From a virus (Duplodnaviria > Caudoviricetes): a DNA stretch of 64,000 bases. The stretch spans positions 15,911 to 79,910 of the IMG/VR virus record IMGVR_UViG_2667527664_000002; one strand, written 5' to 3'. Made by a program: the position numbers and the translations under genes. Below the pieces are notes generated by a model. That model ran no database searches and was not told the origin of the DNA. It saw only the letters and a list, made by a program, of their open reading frames with translations. Positions 36,711 through 46,751 of this stretch are shown here, in pieces (the stretch's first letter is position 1; each line of letters begins with the position of its first letter).

Positions 36711-39602
36711 TTAATATGCAAATTTAGGATTCCTTTGTTCATTCCTATCTAAAGAATTTTTTATTAATTCAGCTTTAGAGTAAAGAAGTTCTTCACTATC
36801 TAAATAAATCTTTGGATCAAGAGATTTTAAAGTTTTATTCAAAGATGAAATTACTCCTGAAACATCTGATTGATTATTTTTATCATTATTTTTTTCTATA
36901 ATGTCAAAATTACTCTTTGATAAAATGGAACTTCCTAAAGAAATAGATTCATATTGTACTTTAGCTTTCATATCAGAAACAAGTCCATGTACTTTACCTT
37001 TAAACTTTTCTTGCATCTTAGGGAATTGTTTAGACATACCAACTTCAGTACCCTCTACAGTATATTTACCTATAGGAATCATTTTTCTAGCTGGAGAATG
37101 GATTCCTAAAGCCGATTTTGCACCATCAACTATTCCACCAAAAAAATCATGAATTTTACTTTTAAACCATCCTGCTGCTCCTGTTATTCCATTCCATACA
37201 CCATGTACTATATTTCTACCAATAGAAATCATCTTTCCAGGTATAGATTTAACAGTATCAACAACAGCATGTACTAATCTTAAAGCTGCATTTTTTCCAG
37301 TATTCCAGAGGTTGCTTCCCCAAGCTGCTACTTTAGATATAGCATTACAAAGCCAAGTCCATATTTTACCTGGTAGCTGACATATATAGTTTATGCAATC
37401 TGAAACAAATTGACTAGCTATAGCTTTAACCCTAGCCCACATTTGAGACCCCCAAGCAGAAACTTTATTTATTGTTATACATAGCCAAGTCCATATTTTA
37501 CCTGGTAATTGACATATATAATTTATACAATCTGAAATAAATTGACTAGCTATAGTTGTAGCTTTGTTCCACATCTCAGAACCCCAAGCAGCAACTTTAT
37601 TTATTGAATCACACAACCAAGTCCATATTTTACCTGGAAGTTCTGAGAACCATGTTCCTACATTGTTAATCCAAATTGGTACATTAGTCATTAAATAATT
37701 CCAGACTCCAACTCCCCACATAATAATTTTAGTTACTACAAAACCTAAAGCAAAACCTATTTTATATGGTAACTCATTAAACCAATTAAAAATATTAGTA
37801 ATCCATGAAGGAATCGTTACTACAAAAAAATTCCATACATTAGTACCCCATGTTTGTATTGTAAGTAATGCATTAGTTGCAAAGTTAATTACAGAAGTTT
37901 TCATATTATTAAAACCATTTACAAAAAACATCTTTATATTGTTTACTAAGTTATTTATAAAATTTCTAAAACCATCACAGTGCTTATAAGCTAACATAAA
38001 AGCCCCAGCAAATGGATTAACTATAAATAATAATATTTCTTTCCAATCAGATTTAAAAAAATTAATTATGCTATTAAATGCATTTGGTATTGTATCAGTA
38101 AAAAATGTACATATTGAATTCCAGGCTGTAATACAAGCATTCTTTACAGCATCCCATAATCCAATCCAAAAGTTTCTAAAGCTTTCAGATGTATTCCAAA
38201 AATAAATAAAAGCTGCTACTAAAGCTCCTATTGCCATAACTAATAAACCTATAGGGTTCATTGCCATTACAGCATTCCAAGCCTCTTGTGCTAAAGCAGC
38301 TAAAGTAACTTTTCCAGTAAGTAAAGCAACAACTGTTTCTCCTAGAGTCAACATTCCATTAAATGCTCCTTGTGCTATAGTAGCTCCTTCAGCATTCATT
38401 GAAAATAAAGCTATTGCTAATTGAGCTTCTTGAAATGCAGAAACAATACCTTTTACGATCATAAAACCTTTAAATGCTAATACAGCTCCACCAATGGTTG
38501 TTGCTAAAAATAAAATAGGTCCAATGTTAGATGCTATCCATCCACCAAAATTTAAAAGAGCTGGTATAACGACAGTAGTTAATACATTAGCTATACTTGT
38601 AAAAAAATCTACTAAAGGTTTTAACTGTGGGAACATAGTGCTTATTGCATTTCCTATACCTTCTTTACCAACTAATGTAGTAAACTCTTCTAGTTTAGGC
38701 ATTAATCCTTGTAAATTATCTTTCATTTTATCAAATATAGGCTTAGCTAATGCTCCAGCTAACATTGTCAAGTTATCCTCTAATGTTGACATCATACCTG
38801 AAAAAGTTTTTGATTGATTCTCCATAGCTCCAGTTGTATGACTTGCAATACTATCTATTGCTTTATTATAAACTTCAGATGTGACTTTACCCTCACTGGC
38901 TAGTTTTTTAACCTGTGAAACAGGAACTCCCATAACTTCACCTAATGCCTTAAATATTGGAATACCTCTATCTTGAAGTATATTTAAATCTTCAGTATAT
39001 GCAACTTGTGCTTGTTGAACTTGAGAATACTGTCTAACCATTTCTTTTAAACTATCTTCCTGTATACCAAAAGCTGAACCCATATTGCCAAACTTAGTTA
39101 ATTGATCAAACAGTGCTTTCCCATGAAATCCAGCATTGGTTAATTGTTTGGCCATTGCATCGACTCCCATTTTACTAAAAGGAGTTTCAGCTGCATATTT
39201 TTCAATATCTTTCATCATCTGAGATGCTTTTGATTGACTTCCTAAAATAGTAGCCCATGCAACTTGTGCTTGTTCTGACATAGCATTATAACTAATTCCA
39301 GTTTTAACAACTTCAGTAGCATAATCTTTAACTTTATCTAATATAAATAAGCCACCTAGAGCAGTTGCACATTTTTTTGCAATAGATGATATAGAATTTA
39401 TATTTCCTCTTACTTCATTTGTTCCTCGTCTACTACTACCTTCTATTTCACTCCAAGCTCTTTTCCAAGCTTGAGAAGAACTCATTCCAGCTCTTTTATA
39501 TTCATTAGCTAATCTATTAGCTTCTTGATATAGTTCTCTAGTTCCTCTTCTTGCTCCAGAACTATCTATCCTGGTATCAATTACAATAGTTCCATCTGAC
39601 AT
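36711..39602 (-). CDS. Tape measure protein
   Basis: DGTIVIDT, A.ETPF, Trp-rich repeats, LGIHSPAR. Confidence 0.95.
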   Translation of the reverse strand: MSDGTIVIDTRIDSSGARRGTRELYQEANRLANEYKRAGMSSSQAWKRAWSEIEGSSRRGTNEVRGNINSISSIAKKCATALGGLFILDKVKDYATEVVKTGISYNAMSEQAQVAWATILGSQSKASQMMKDIEKYAAETPFSKMGVDAMAKQLTNAGFHGKALFDQLTKFGNMGSAFGIQEDSLKEMVRQYSQVQQAQVAYTEDLNILQDRGIPIFKALGEVMGVPVSQVKKLASEGKVTSEVYNKAIDSIASHTTGAMENQSKTFSGMMSTLEDNLTMLAGALAKPIFDKMKDNLQGLMPKLEEFTTLVGKEGIGNAISTMFPQLKPLVDFFTSIANVLTTVVIPALLNFGGWIASNIGPILFLATTIGGAVLAFKGFMIVKGIVSAFQEAQLAIALFSMNAEGATIAQGAFNGMLTLGETVVALLTGKVTLAALAQEAWNAVMAMNPIGLLVMAIGALVAAFIYFWNTSESFRNFWIGLWDAVKNACITAWNSICTFFTDTIPNAFNSIINFFKSDWKEILLFIVNPFAGAFMLAYKHCDGFRNFINNLVNNIKMFFVNGFNNMKTSVINFATNALLTIQTWGTNVWNFFVVTIPSWITNIFNWFNELPYKIGFALGFVVTKIIMWGVGVWNYLMTNVPIWINNVGTWFSELPGKIWTWLCDSINKVAAWGSEMWNKATTIASQFISDCINYICQLPGKIWTWLCITINKVSAWGSQMWARVKAIASQFVSDCINYICQLPGKIWTWLCNAISKVAAWGSNLWNTGKNAALRLVHAVVDTVKSIPGKMISIGRNIVHGVWNGITGAAGWFKSKIHDFFGGIVDGAKSALGIHSPARKMIPIGKYTVEGTEVGMSKQFPKMQEKFKGKVHGLVSDMKAKVQYESISLGSSILSKSNFDIIEKNNDKNNQSDVSGVISSLNKTLKSLDPKIYLDSEELLYSKAELIKNSLDRNEQRNPKFAY
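37300..37640. repeat. ~120-bp (40-aa) tandem repeats in the tape measure gene
   Basis: LPGKIWTWLC..I.KV.AWGS three times. Confidence 0.8.
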
Positions 39603-39653
39603 ATATCACCCTCCTTTCATTTGAATTTAGGTATAAAAAAGTACCTACTATTT

Positions 39654-40274
39654 TTAAGTAAGTACATCAAGATCTAATACTCCATCCCCCATTAATATTT
39701 TAGCAATTTCATCTTCTTTTTCTTTTTGCTCTTTATCTATATACTCAGGAAGTTTATATATTTGTTTCATCTTTTTATAAAATGCTTTTTCTTCTTTATC
39801 CTTTATTTTAGATAAATCAGATGCTCTATATTTCATTATTTCACAAATCTTATTATCTTCTTTTAAAGATTCAAACATTGCTTTAAATTTCCACCAATGT
39901 AAATCGTTTATATCTTGTAAATCTATATTATACTGGCTTAAAAAAGCACTATAGATATAACTATCATCATATTCATAAGAGTATACTCTCTCTACCTTAG
40001 AATGGCTATTTTCAGCATTTTCATCTTTATTCTCAGTTTCTTTGCCGCAACTATAAAACCATAATATTTTATGTATAGCGTCTTCAAAGTATCTTTCTGG
40101 TGGTATTGAAGGATAATACAATTCTAAAGCTTGAATACATTTAAATTCATCAGAAATAGAATCATCATACATCAATAATTCAAATAAAATAGATGTACGA
40201 AAATCTGAATTAATTTTGTACATCTTCTTTCCTATTTCTACTTTTGTAGGTAGTAAATCAATAAGTATATTCAT
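39654..40274 (-). CDS. A118 gp15-like tail protein
   Basis: INSDFR, IYSAF.QY.IDL and LHWWKFKAMF motifs. Confidence 0.9.
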   Translation of the reverse strand: MNILIDLLPTKVEIGKKMYKINSDFRTSILFELLMYDDSISDEFKCIQALELYYPSIPPERYFEDAIHKILWFYSCGKETENKDENAENSHSKVERVYSYEYDDSYIYSAFLSQYNIDLQDINDLHWWKFKAMFESLKEDNKICEIMKYRASDLSKIKDKEEKAFYKKMKQIYKLPEYIDKEQKEKEDEIAKILMGDGVLDLDVLT

Positions 40275-40684
40275 TATTTTTTATTATACTTTTTATTATA
40301 AATTTTCTTATTTTGATGATTTTGATGTCTTTTAGCAACTCTATTTGAAGAATATTTATTTATAGATTGTTGAAATTCTTTTTCTACATTTTCATCTTCT
40401 TTACTTATACCTATGGCTAACTCTTCAAATGCTTTCATAGCTAATTTAAGATTTCTTTTACCCTTAAATATCCTTTCACTTGCACTTTTACCTAAAATAT
40501 TATCCATACATTCCGAAACTATAATTATAGTTTCTCTTATAGCCTCTATCCTAGTTACATTATTGCTTAATTTGTTAAGTTTTTCAGGAACTTTTTTCAT
40601 TTCCTTTTCTATAGTTTCAGATACATCTAAATCCATTGTATCTAATTCAAACTCTTCACCTAAAATCTTTATCATTACATACAC
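40274..40684 (-). CDS. Tail assembly chaperone
   Basis: Position after the major tail gene. Confidence 0.7.
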   Translation of the reverse strand: MYVMIKILGEEFELDTMDLDVSETIEKEMKKVPEKLNKLSNNVTRIEAIRETIIIVSECMDNILGKSASERIFKGKRNLKLAMKAFEELAIGISKEDENVEKEFQQSINKYSSNRVAKRHQNHQNKKIYNKKYNKK

Positions 40685-40692
40685 CCCTTTAA

Positions 40693-41178
40693 TTATTCTG
40701 TTTTAGCTTCAAACCCTTCTGTAAAGGTCTTAGTAGATGTATCAAAAGTTCCTACTACTAAGTCTCCCATACCTAGTAATTTCCCTTTAGCACTCATTTC
40801 ATTGTCTTTAGCTTCAAAATCGTCTATAGATACAGCTACCTTAAACTTTCTTGCTCTAAATCCATTCTCGGCTTTTGCAGGCTTATCTAAATCTACCTTT
40901 ATATATTCTGTTTCAGCATCTGCTCCAATTTTTTGAAGTTCTCCAATGTTACATATAAAATCTATGGCTTTTTCATCTCTTATCTGGTCTGTTTCAAAAC
41001 CAAATTCAGTTTCATATCCTGTTATACTTGTTGTTACTGATTGTTCATTTATATATTGTTTGCTTTTTGTTTTAGCACTTGGACTTTCATTTAACTCCGT
41101 AAATCCTACACCCATAAAAACAAACTCCTTACCAACCTTTAAATAGTCAGCTACTGTTTTTCTCTTTCTTACAGCCAT
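40693..41178 (-). CDS. Major tail protein
   Basis: MG.GFTEL.E.P...YIN and GTFD...KTF. Confidence 0.8.
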   Translation of the reverse strand: MAVRKRKTVADYLKVGKEFVFMGVGFTELNESPSAKTKSKQYINEQSVTTSITGYETEFGFETDQIRDEKAIDFICNIGELQKIGADAETEYIKVDLDKPAKAENGFRARKFKVAVSIDDFEAKDNEMSAKGKLLGMGDLVVGTFDTSTKTFTEGFEAKTE

Positions 41179-41183
41179 TTTAT

Positions 41184-41612
41184 CTACTTCCCTTCCATAT
41201 AAATTAATTTCATTTGTATTTGATATTGAGCTTTGTCAATATCTGTTTGAAAGGCATATCCATTGCTTGTTAGTTCTATTGATAAAGCCTCTTTATTATC
41301 TAAAATAGGTAAATTACCTTCATCGTTGTTTTGTTCAATCCACTCTGCAAATTTTTCATAAAAATTAATATTTTCCAAGTTATTAAATATATCTTCACCA
41401 TAACTTTCCCTACTTGCAAATATAAATTGTTCTTGTCTTTTACTAGATCCATCAACATACTTTTTTATAATAGGGTTACACGGAACTTTTTCTATAGAAT
41501 ATGTAGTTGCTTCTGAATCTAAATAGTCAACTCCTATTCTTACAGCTCCATTAAACTCTTCTAAAAAAGGACATTTTTTTATAAATTTTCTTATGCTCTC
41601 TATAATAGTCAT
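41184..41612 (-). CDS. Tail terminator/minor capsid protein
   Basis: KYVDGS..RQ and A.YQIQ motifs. Confidence 0.7.
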   Translation of the reverse strand: MTIIESIRKFIKKCPFLEEFNGAVRIGVDYLDSEATTYSIEKVPCNPIIKKYVDGSSKRQEQFIFASRESYGEDIFNNLENINFYEKFAEWIEQNNDEGNLPILDNKEALSIELTSNGYAFQTDIDKAQYQIQMKLIYMEGK

Positions 41613-41972
41613 TTATTTAGCTTTACCTCCTACAAATGAAGCAACAGACTTTACAATTTCCGGACCTTTATCTGCCCACATTCTTTCAATCCATCTCTTA
41701 CCTCTCATACCACCTTTATTCGTACCTTGTTTTCCATTTCCTGAGTTGTTGTAGTACTGTTTACGAGCATAAGGAGCTTTATATTTAATTTTTCCATTTG
41801 AAATTTCTACCTGGATATCTTTTAATGCCCCTGTTTTAAATGGTACGTAAGGATTAGCCATTCTAGCTACTTCATTAGTTAAAAATCCCTGGGCCTTTCC
41901 TCTTTCCTCAAGGTTTCGTTTAGCTAAAATCTTTTCTATTCCATCCATCTTAAAAATAACATTAAGTGGCAT
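41613..41972 (-). CDS. Neck/minor capsid protein
   Basis: YVPFKTGAL, PYARKQYY and RGKRW.ERM. Confidence 0.8.
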   Translation of the reverse strand: MPLNVIFKMDGIEKILAKRNLEERGKAQGFLTNEVARMANPYVPFKTGALKDIQVEISNGKIKYKAPYARKQYYNNSGNGKQGTNKGGMRGKRWIERMWADKGPEIVKSVASFVGGKAK

Positions 41973-42397
41973 TACTTAGCACCTACTTCCCAATGTTGTA
42001 AATATTCACTTCCAAAATCATTTTTTATCACACTTACTATAGTTCCAACTGTATAAAGACGTTCTAAATCTTTAAATTGCTTATCTCTTTCATATGAAGA
42101 AAGTTTAAAATCAACTATATCTTTTACTATAAAATCACCTTTTTTTAATGTGTAAAATTTATTAGCTTCTTTAATATCCAATTTAATAAATTCTCCAGGA
42201 GAGATATATTTTTTATCTTCTGTATTAACTGTAAATGGTATGAAACAAGTTATTTTATCAGCGCTTAATAAACCTTTATCACCTACTGTAACAGCTTGCT
42301 CCCCTTGCCATTCAATATCATATAAATAAGTTCGTATATACTCTGTACGCTCCGTTTCCGGATTATATATACTATTAAATAAAGTCATATTAGCCAT
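41972..42397 (-). CDS. Head closure protein
   Basis: Position; D.GS...QHWEV. Confidence 0.65.
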   Translation of the reverse strand: MANMTLFNSIYNPETERTEYIRTYLYDIEWQGEQAVTVGDKGLLSADKITCFIPFTVNTEDKKYISPGEFIKLDIKEANKFYTLKKGDFIVKDIVDFKLSSYERDKQFKDLERLYTVGTIVSVIKNDFGSEYLQHWEVGAK

Positions 42398-42399
42398 AT

Positions 42400-42741
42400 T
42401 TACACACCTCTATAAAGTAAATCATTTGGTAAATATATGCTTATTTCTTTATAAAGATTTTCTTTGAAATTCTTTACCAATTCTTCAGAGTAAGAAACAC
42501 TATGTTTACCTACACTTTCACTTGATTTAAAGCTTATTTCATCATCATATTTTTTAAATTTATCTAGAGATATACATATAGCCATTTTTATATCATCATT
42601 TAAGTTATTTTCATTGATTCTGTTAAAGGTTATAGTATCTATAAATTTTCTAGCTTTAAATTCATATAAAGAAAAGTCCTTGGAAGATAATTTTCCTCCA
42701 AAGACTTCACTATAAAACTTATAATCTATATATTTATCCAT
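42400..42741 (-). CDS. Head-tail connector
   Basis: Y.DY.FY...A...ID.IT..RI, SESVG.HSVSY, LLYRGV. Confidence 0.8.
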   Translation of the reverse strand: MDKYIDYKFYSEVFGGKLSSKDFSLYEFKARKFIDTITFNRINENNLNDDIKMAICISLDKFKKYDDEISFKSSESVGKHSVSYSEELVKNFKENLYKEISIYLPNDLLYRGV

Positions 42742-42745
42742 ACTA

Positions 42746-43834
42746 CTATCCTCTAGTTATTACTCTAGCTATAGGAACTAATCTATGATCTATATATTCC
42801 TTTGTCTTTCCTTGATTATTACATAATTCCCAGTTTGCTCCCATTTCTAATTCTTCATCTGTTGGTGATAAACTAGCCATAGATGCTTTAGTAAATGATA
42901 TTCCAAAAGGAGATAATACTTTTCTTTGTCTACTGTATAAAGTAGTCTCTCCACCATTTGTTTTAGGATCTCTTGCCATTTCATTAGGTACTTTAGCTCC
43001 ACAGTCTGTAAATTCAAATGCACCATCACCTAATACATAAGTAGTATACTTATTATAAGCTGGTACATAGTCTGACTGTCCTTCAGTTCCTTTAGCTTCT
43101 ACATGTTCCACTGGCATATTATCGTCTATAAGAACAACTCTACCATTTAAAGTACCTAAAGTTAAATCTCTTTCTATACCTTGTCCATCAGTATACTTCA
43201 TATATGATATTAATTTTAAATTCTCTAAATTAGTTGATACGGCTGAATGCATTATTGATATAGAGAACTTAGCTTTATTGTCTCCTAAAGCCTTTTGGAT
43301 TGCTGTATTTAAAGTAGTTGCAGTAAATACTTGCTCTTCTTTATTTTTAGATGCTGTTATATCATAAGTATGTTCATTTACAAACTTTAAGTTTTCCTTA
43401 CCTGTCATACTAAAGATACCTTTTAATATTGATAATAATGTAGCTTGATCTACATCATCCCAGTATTCAGCAACTTGATCTCCTACTTGCTCCATAAAAT
43501 CTTTACCTCCAGTTATATCATAACTAAAGTCAGTTTCTACCCAAGCAGCCTGTCTGCCTACTACAACTCTACTATGACTAAAAGTTTTTAACTTTTGTGC
43601 TTCTGCTGATGTTTTTCCATCATAGTTTTGTGCTTTTCCTCCTATTCTTCCAGTTATAGGTATAGTTGCATAGTTTCCACCTACTTGTGCACTAAATAAA
43701 TTAGCTATATCTTGTCTTTGTCTTATAGCTTTACTCTTTATAAGCTCATTTCTATTTAGGTTAGGTACGGTACCCATGTATTGGCCAAATACCTCACCGT
43801 TAAATATTTTTTCATCAAAACTTGGCATTGTCAT
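42746..43834 (-). CDS. Major capsid protein
   Basis: FNGEVFG.Y, NYDG.T, RDP...GG...LY.R; follows the scaffold gene. Confidence 0.9.
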   Translation of the reverse strand: MTMPSFDEKIFNGEVFGQYMGTVPNLNRNELIKSKAIRQRQDIANLFSAQVGGNYATIPITGRIGGKAQNYDGKTSAEAQKLKTFSHSRVVVGRQAAWVETDFSYDITGGKDFMEQVGDQVAEYWDDVDQATLLSILKGIFSMTGKENLKFVNEHTYDITASKNKEEQVFTATTLNTAIQKALGDNKAKFSISIMHSAVSTNLENLKLISYMKYTDGQGIERDLTLGTLNGRVVLIDDNMPVEHVEAKGTEGQSDYVPAYNKYTTYVLGDGAFEFTDCGAKVPNEMARDPKTNGGETTLYSRQRKVLSPFGISFTKASMASLSPTDEELEMGANWELCNNQGKTKEYIDHRLVPIARVITRG

Positions 43835-43866
43835 TCCTTCTTTCTTTTATTATTTTTTATTTATAT

Positions 43867-44475
43867 TTATTTAAAGCTAATTTCCATATTTGGATTAGCA
43901 TTTTTAGCTTGCATTAACTCAGATAAACTTTGTTTACCATTTCCACTACCATTACCATTTATTTTCTTAGTGAATTGAATTTGATTACCTGGATCATTAT
44001 TTTCTTCCGCCTTAAATAAAAAGCTTTTATTTTCTTTTAATCCACTTATTTGTTCATCTAAGCCTGTAACCTTTCCATCCTCAGATAAAATAAGCTTAGA
44101 TTTATCTATTAATCCAGCTACTAAATCAATATCTTGTGCTGAATCAGTTATAGCTAATTTAATAGCGTTAGTTAATTTTAAATCTTTAAGCTCTGCTTGA
44201 TATTCTTCATCTTTCTTTTTATTATCATTTTGTAATTGTTCAATTTGCTGCTTTAAAGTAGCATTATCTCCAGCTGATTTCTTTAAAGTTTCTAATTGTG
44301 TATCTCTATCTTTAACATCTGTTTCAAGTTGTTTTTTAGCTTGCTTAACTTCATCAAATTTAGTCTTTTCAACATATTTAGAACTATCAACTAAATCTAT
44401 ATCCTTATATTTACTTTTTATATCTTCAGATAACGTATTGTAGTTATCTCCTAATATTTCACTTAACTTTGCCAT
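43867..44475 (-). CDS. Scaffolding protein (SPP1 gp11/GP20-like)
   Basis: Coiled coil; GLDEQI..LKE....LF. Confidence 0.9.
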   Translation of the reverse strand: MAKLSEILGDNYNTLSEDIKSKYKDIDLVDSSKYVEKTKFDEVKQAKKQLETDVKDRDTQLETLKKSAGDNATLKQQIEQLQNDNKKKDEEYQAELKDLKLTNAIKLAITDSAQDIDLVAGLIDKSKLILSEDGKVTGLDEQISGLKENKSFLFKAEENNDPGNQIQFTKKINGNGSGNGKQSLSELMQAKNANPNMEISFK

Positions 44476-44531
44476 CTATAGTCATTCCTTTCTTAATTAA
44501 TTTTTTGCATAATAAAAGCACCTACTATTTT

Positions 44532-44891
44532 TTAATTAGTAAGTGCTTCTATATTATCTTTTATAAGTTGAATGTCTTTCTCTATCTGATTTTTATCTTC
44601 TGTGTTTAAAAATAAATTATCGTATTTATTACTTTCTATGTCTTTAATCGCATTTTCAACATCTTTTAATATCTTATGTTTGTACTTATTTTCTGTTAAA
44701 AATATTCCTACTGGAATTAATGTCACAGTTTTTTCAAATTCATTTTCTTCAAATATTCCTTCTGATTCATGCATAAAATAAGCAACAGCTTGATTTATAG
44801 GTAAATTATATCTATCTTTATTCCTATTTAATGTATCTAGGGTTGCCCCTTTTATGTCTTCATATGAATCTTCTAATTGTATATAACCCAA
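44532..44891 (-). CDS. Putative immunity protein (Imm3-like)
   Basis: Small acidic helical ORF immediately after the toxin domain. Confidence 0.6.
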   Translation of the reverse strand: MGYIQLEDSYEDIKGATLDTLNRNKDRYNLPINQAVAYFMHESEGIFEENEFEKTVTLIPVGIFLTENKYKHKILKDVENAIKDIESNKYDNLFLNTEDKNQIEKDIQLIKDNIEALTN

Positions 44892-44896
44892 TTAAA

Positions 44897-46750
44897 TCAC
44901 TTCCTTTTTCTCCAGTTAAAACCTTCTTTTCCTGAAATAATGTTTACTTTTGTATTAGGATATTTTTCTTTAAATTGTTTTAATACACCCCTACAACTTT
45001 CGCACATATCAAGTTCGGATAATATTGTTATCTCACCATCAAAATCTTTTGACACCTTAGAGTTAATGTATTCAAACATTTTTGCTTCAGTACAATACTC
45101 TCTAGGAATTTCATTTATAACTAATGTTTTAAATGCTCTATTTTCCATATGTAAAATAAAATCATCTTTATTACCTTTTATAGAGTCGTACTCTATATCT
45201 AGAGTATCATTTACTGAACTATGTGCAAAATATTGTTTATTTTCAAATTCCATAATAGCAAAATTTCCACCAGAACTTAATTTTTTAATGTTCTTTCTAT
45301 TTTTACCGGTAAAATTACTATAGTCAAATCTTGTTTTCTTAGCTGTAAAAGCCTTTTTATCTAACTCATAAATTTTTTCTGGTGATATATATCCATAATC
45401 TATTTTATATGAACTAACAAGTTCTAGTTTCTCCTTAAGAGAGTTAAACTCTGTATGCTTATTATACATTATATCCTTAAATTCTTCTAATGTTTTTGGT
45501 GCTAAAGATCCTAATCCATCTTTAAATTTATTAAATTCTTGTTGATCATATTTTTTCTTAGCCCAAACAGCCTTTTGAGATATACTTTTATTGAATTTAT
45601 ATACTTGAAGTCTATCCTTTTCTATAGGTATATTAGCAGCCTTACTAAATTCTCTATAATACTTTTCCTGTTGCTTAAGTTTAATACTAGTATTAGTAAA
45701 CTCCTCTGTAAGTCCAGCAGCCTTATATCCTATTAATTGAGTTTTAGTTTTTCTTATATTTCTTTCAATAAGTCTTTGATGCTGACTTGCTTCATAATAA
45801 GTATATTCTGTACCATTATAAGTAAATGGCGGTGGATCTATATTCTCTAAATCTTCATCTGTATAGGCTCTTTTACTTATTCCTGGAATAAAAGGGTAGA
45901 AACTATGTCTACAGTTCCATCCTCCAAGTCCTGGACCTGTACCATAGCCTGTACTTTCTATAAAAGGAGGATATTCTTTACTTTTTCCACTATAACAAAA
46001 TACTTTACCTTGCCATAGTGCATGACTTGGTCTTGCTCCAATGTGTGCTGTAGTTTCTACAAAGTCATTTCCAGTCTCTTTCATTCCTTCTAAAGTTAAC
46101 TTTTGTGACATTTGATTAGACCCAGTTAAAACAGCCCTTCTAACAGCAACATCTATTCTATTTGCAACTCCACCTTCATAATCAACACTTCTTATACCAC
46201 TTTCACATAATCTATTTACAGCTTGTTTAATAGCTGTATTATAATTTGTTGATCCTGATTTAATTTGCATAACAGATAAATCCATTGCATCATGATAGTA
46301 TTTAGCTATAGGTTTATATACTACTTTTCCATTAACTTTCTGTGCAAATCCCATAGATTGAGTTAAGTTATATAGATCTCCGGAAGTTTGTTTGATAGCA
46401 GATTCTATTATATTGGCCAATGCTACATTTTCAGTTACTTTAACAGTATTTAATCCAGCAGCACTATATAATTCATTTTCTTTTGCAATAGAATATATAC
46501 TAATATCATTAAAGATTTCATTTACCTTTTCTTCAGTCATATCTGATATTTCTTTAATCTTTTCTTTTATAAGATTAAGCGATATACCTATCTCATTTGC
46601 TCTTATAGTCTCTAGTTTAGCACTATCTGTTAAATTACCAACCTTAGCAATCCTTCTAGCTATATCAGCGATTATAAAATCTTCTAACTCTTGGTATAAG
46701 TTAATAAAACTTTCAGGTATAGACTTTAATTCTTCTGGAGTTAATGCCAT
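44897..46750 (-). CDS. MuF/minor capsid protein with C-terminal deaminase toxin domain
   Basis: H.GARPSH..WQG and NCRH (MuF); CTEAK...SEL.MCESC..V..QF...YP (toxin deaminase). Confidence 0.85.
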   Translation of the reverse strand: MALTPEELKSIPESFINLYQELEDFIIADIARRIAKVGNLTDSAKLETIRANEIGISLNLIKEKIKEISDMTEEKVNEIFNDISIYSIAKENELYSAAGLNTVKVTENVALANIIESAIKQTSGDLYNLTQSMGFAQKVNGKVVYKPIAKYYHDAMDLSVMQIKSGSTNYNTAIKQAVNRLCESGIRSVDYEGGVANRIDVAVRRAVLTGSNQMSQKLTLEGMKETGNDFVETTAHIGARPSHALWQGKVFCYSGKSKEYPPFIESTGYGTGPGLGGWNCRHSFYPFIPGISKRAYTDEDLENIDPPPFTYNGTEYTYYEASQHQRLIERNIRKTKTQLIGYKAAGLTEEFTNTSIKLKQQEKYYREFSKAANIPIEKDRLQVYKFNKSISQKAVWAKKKYDQQEFNKFKDGLGSLAPKTLEEFKDIMYNKHTEFNSLKEKLELVSSYKIDYGYISPEKIYELDKKAFTAKKTRFDYSNFTGKNRKNIKKLSSGGNFAIMEFENKQYFAHSSVNDTLDIEYDSIKGNKDDFILHMENRAFKTLVINEIPREYCTEAKMFEYINSKVSKDFDGEITILSELDMCESCRGVLKQFKEKYPNTKVNIISGKEGFNWRKRK

Positions 46751-46751
46751 A

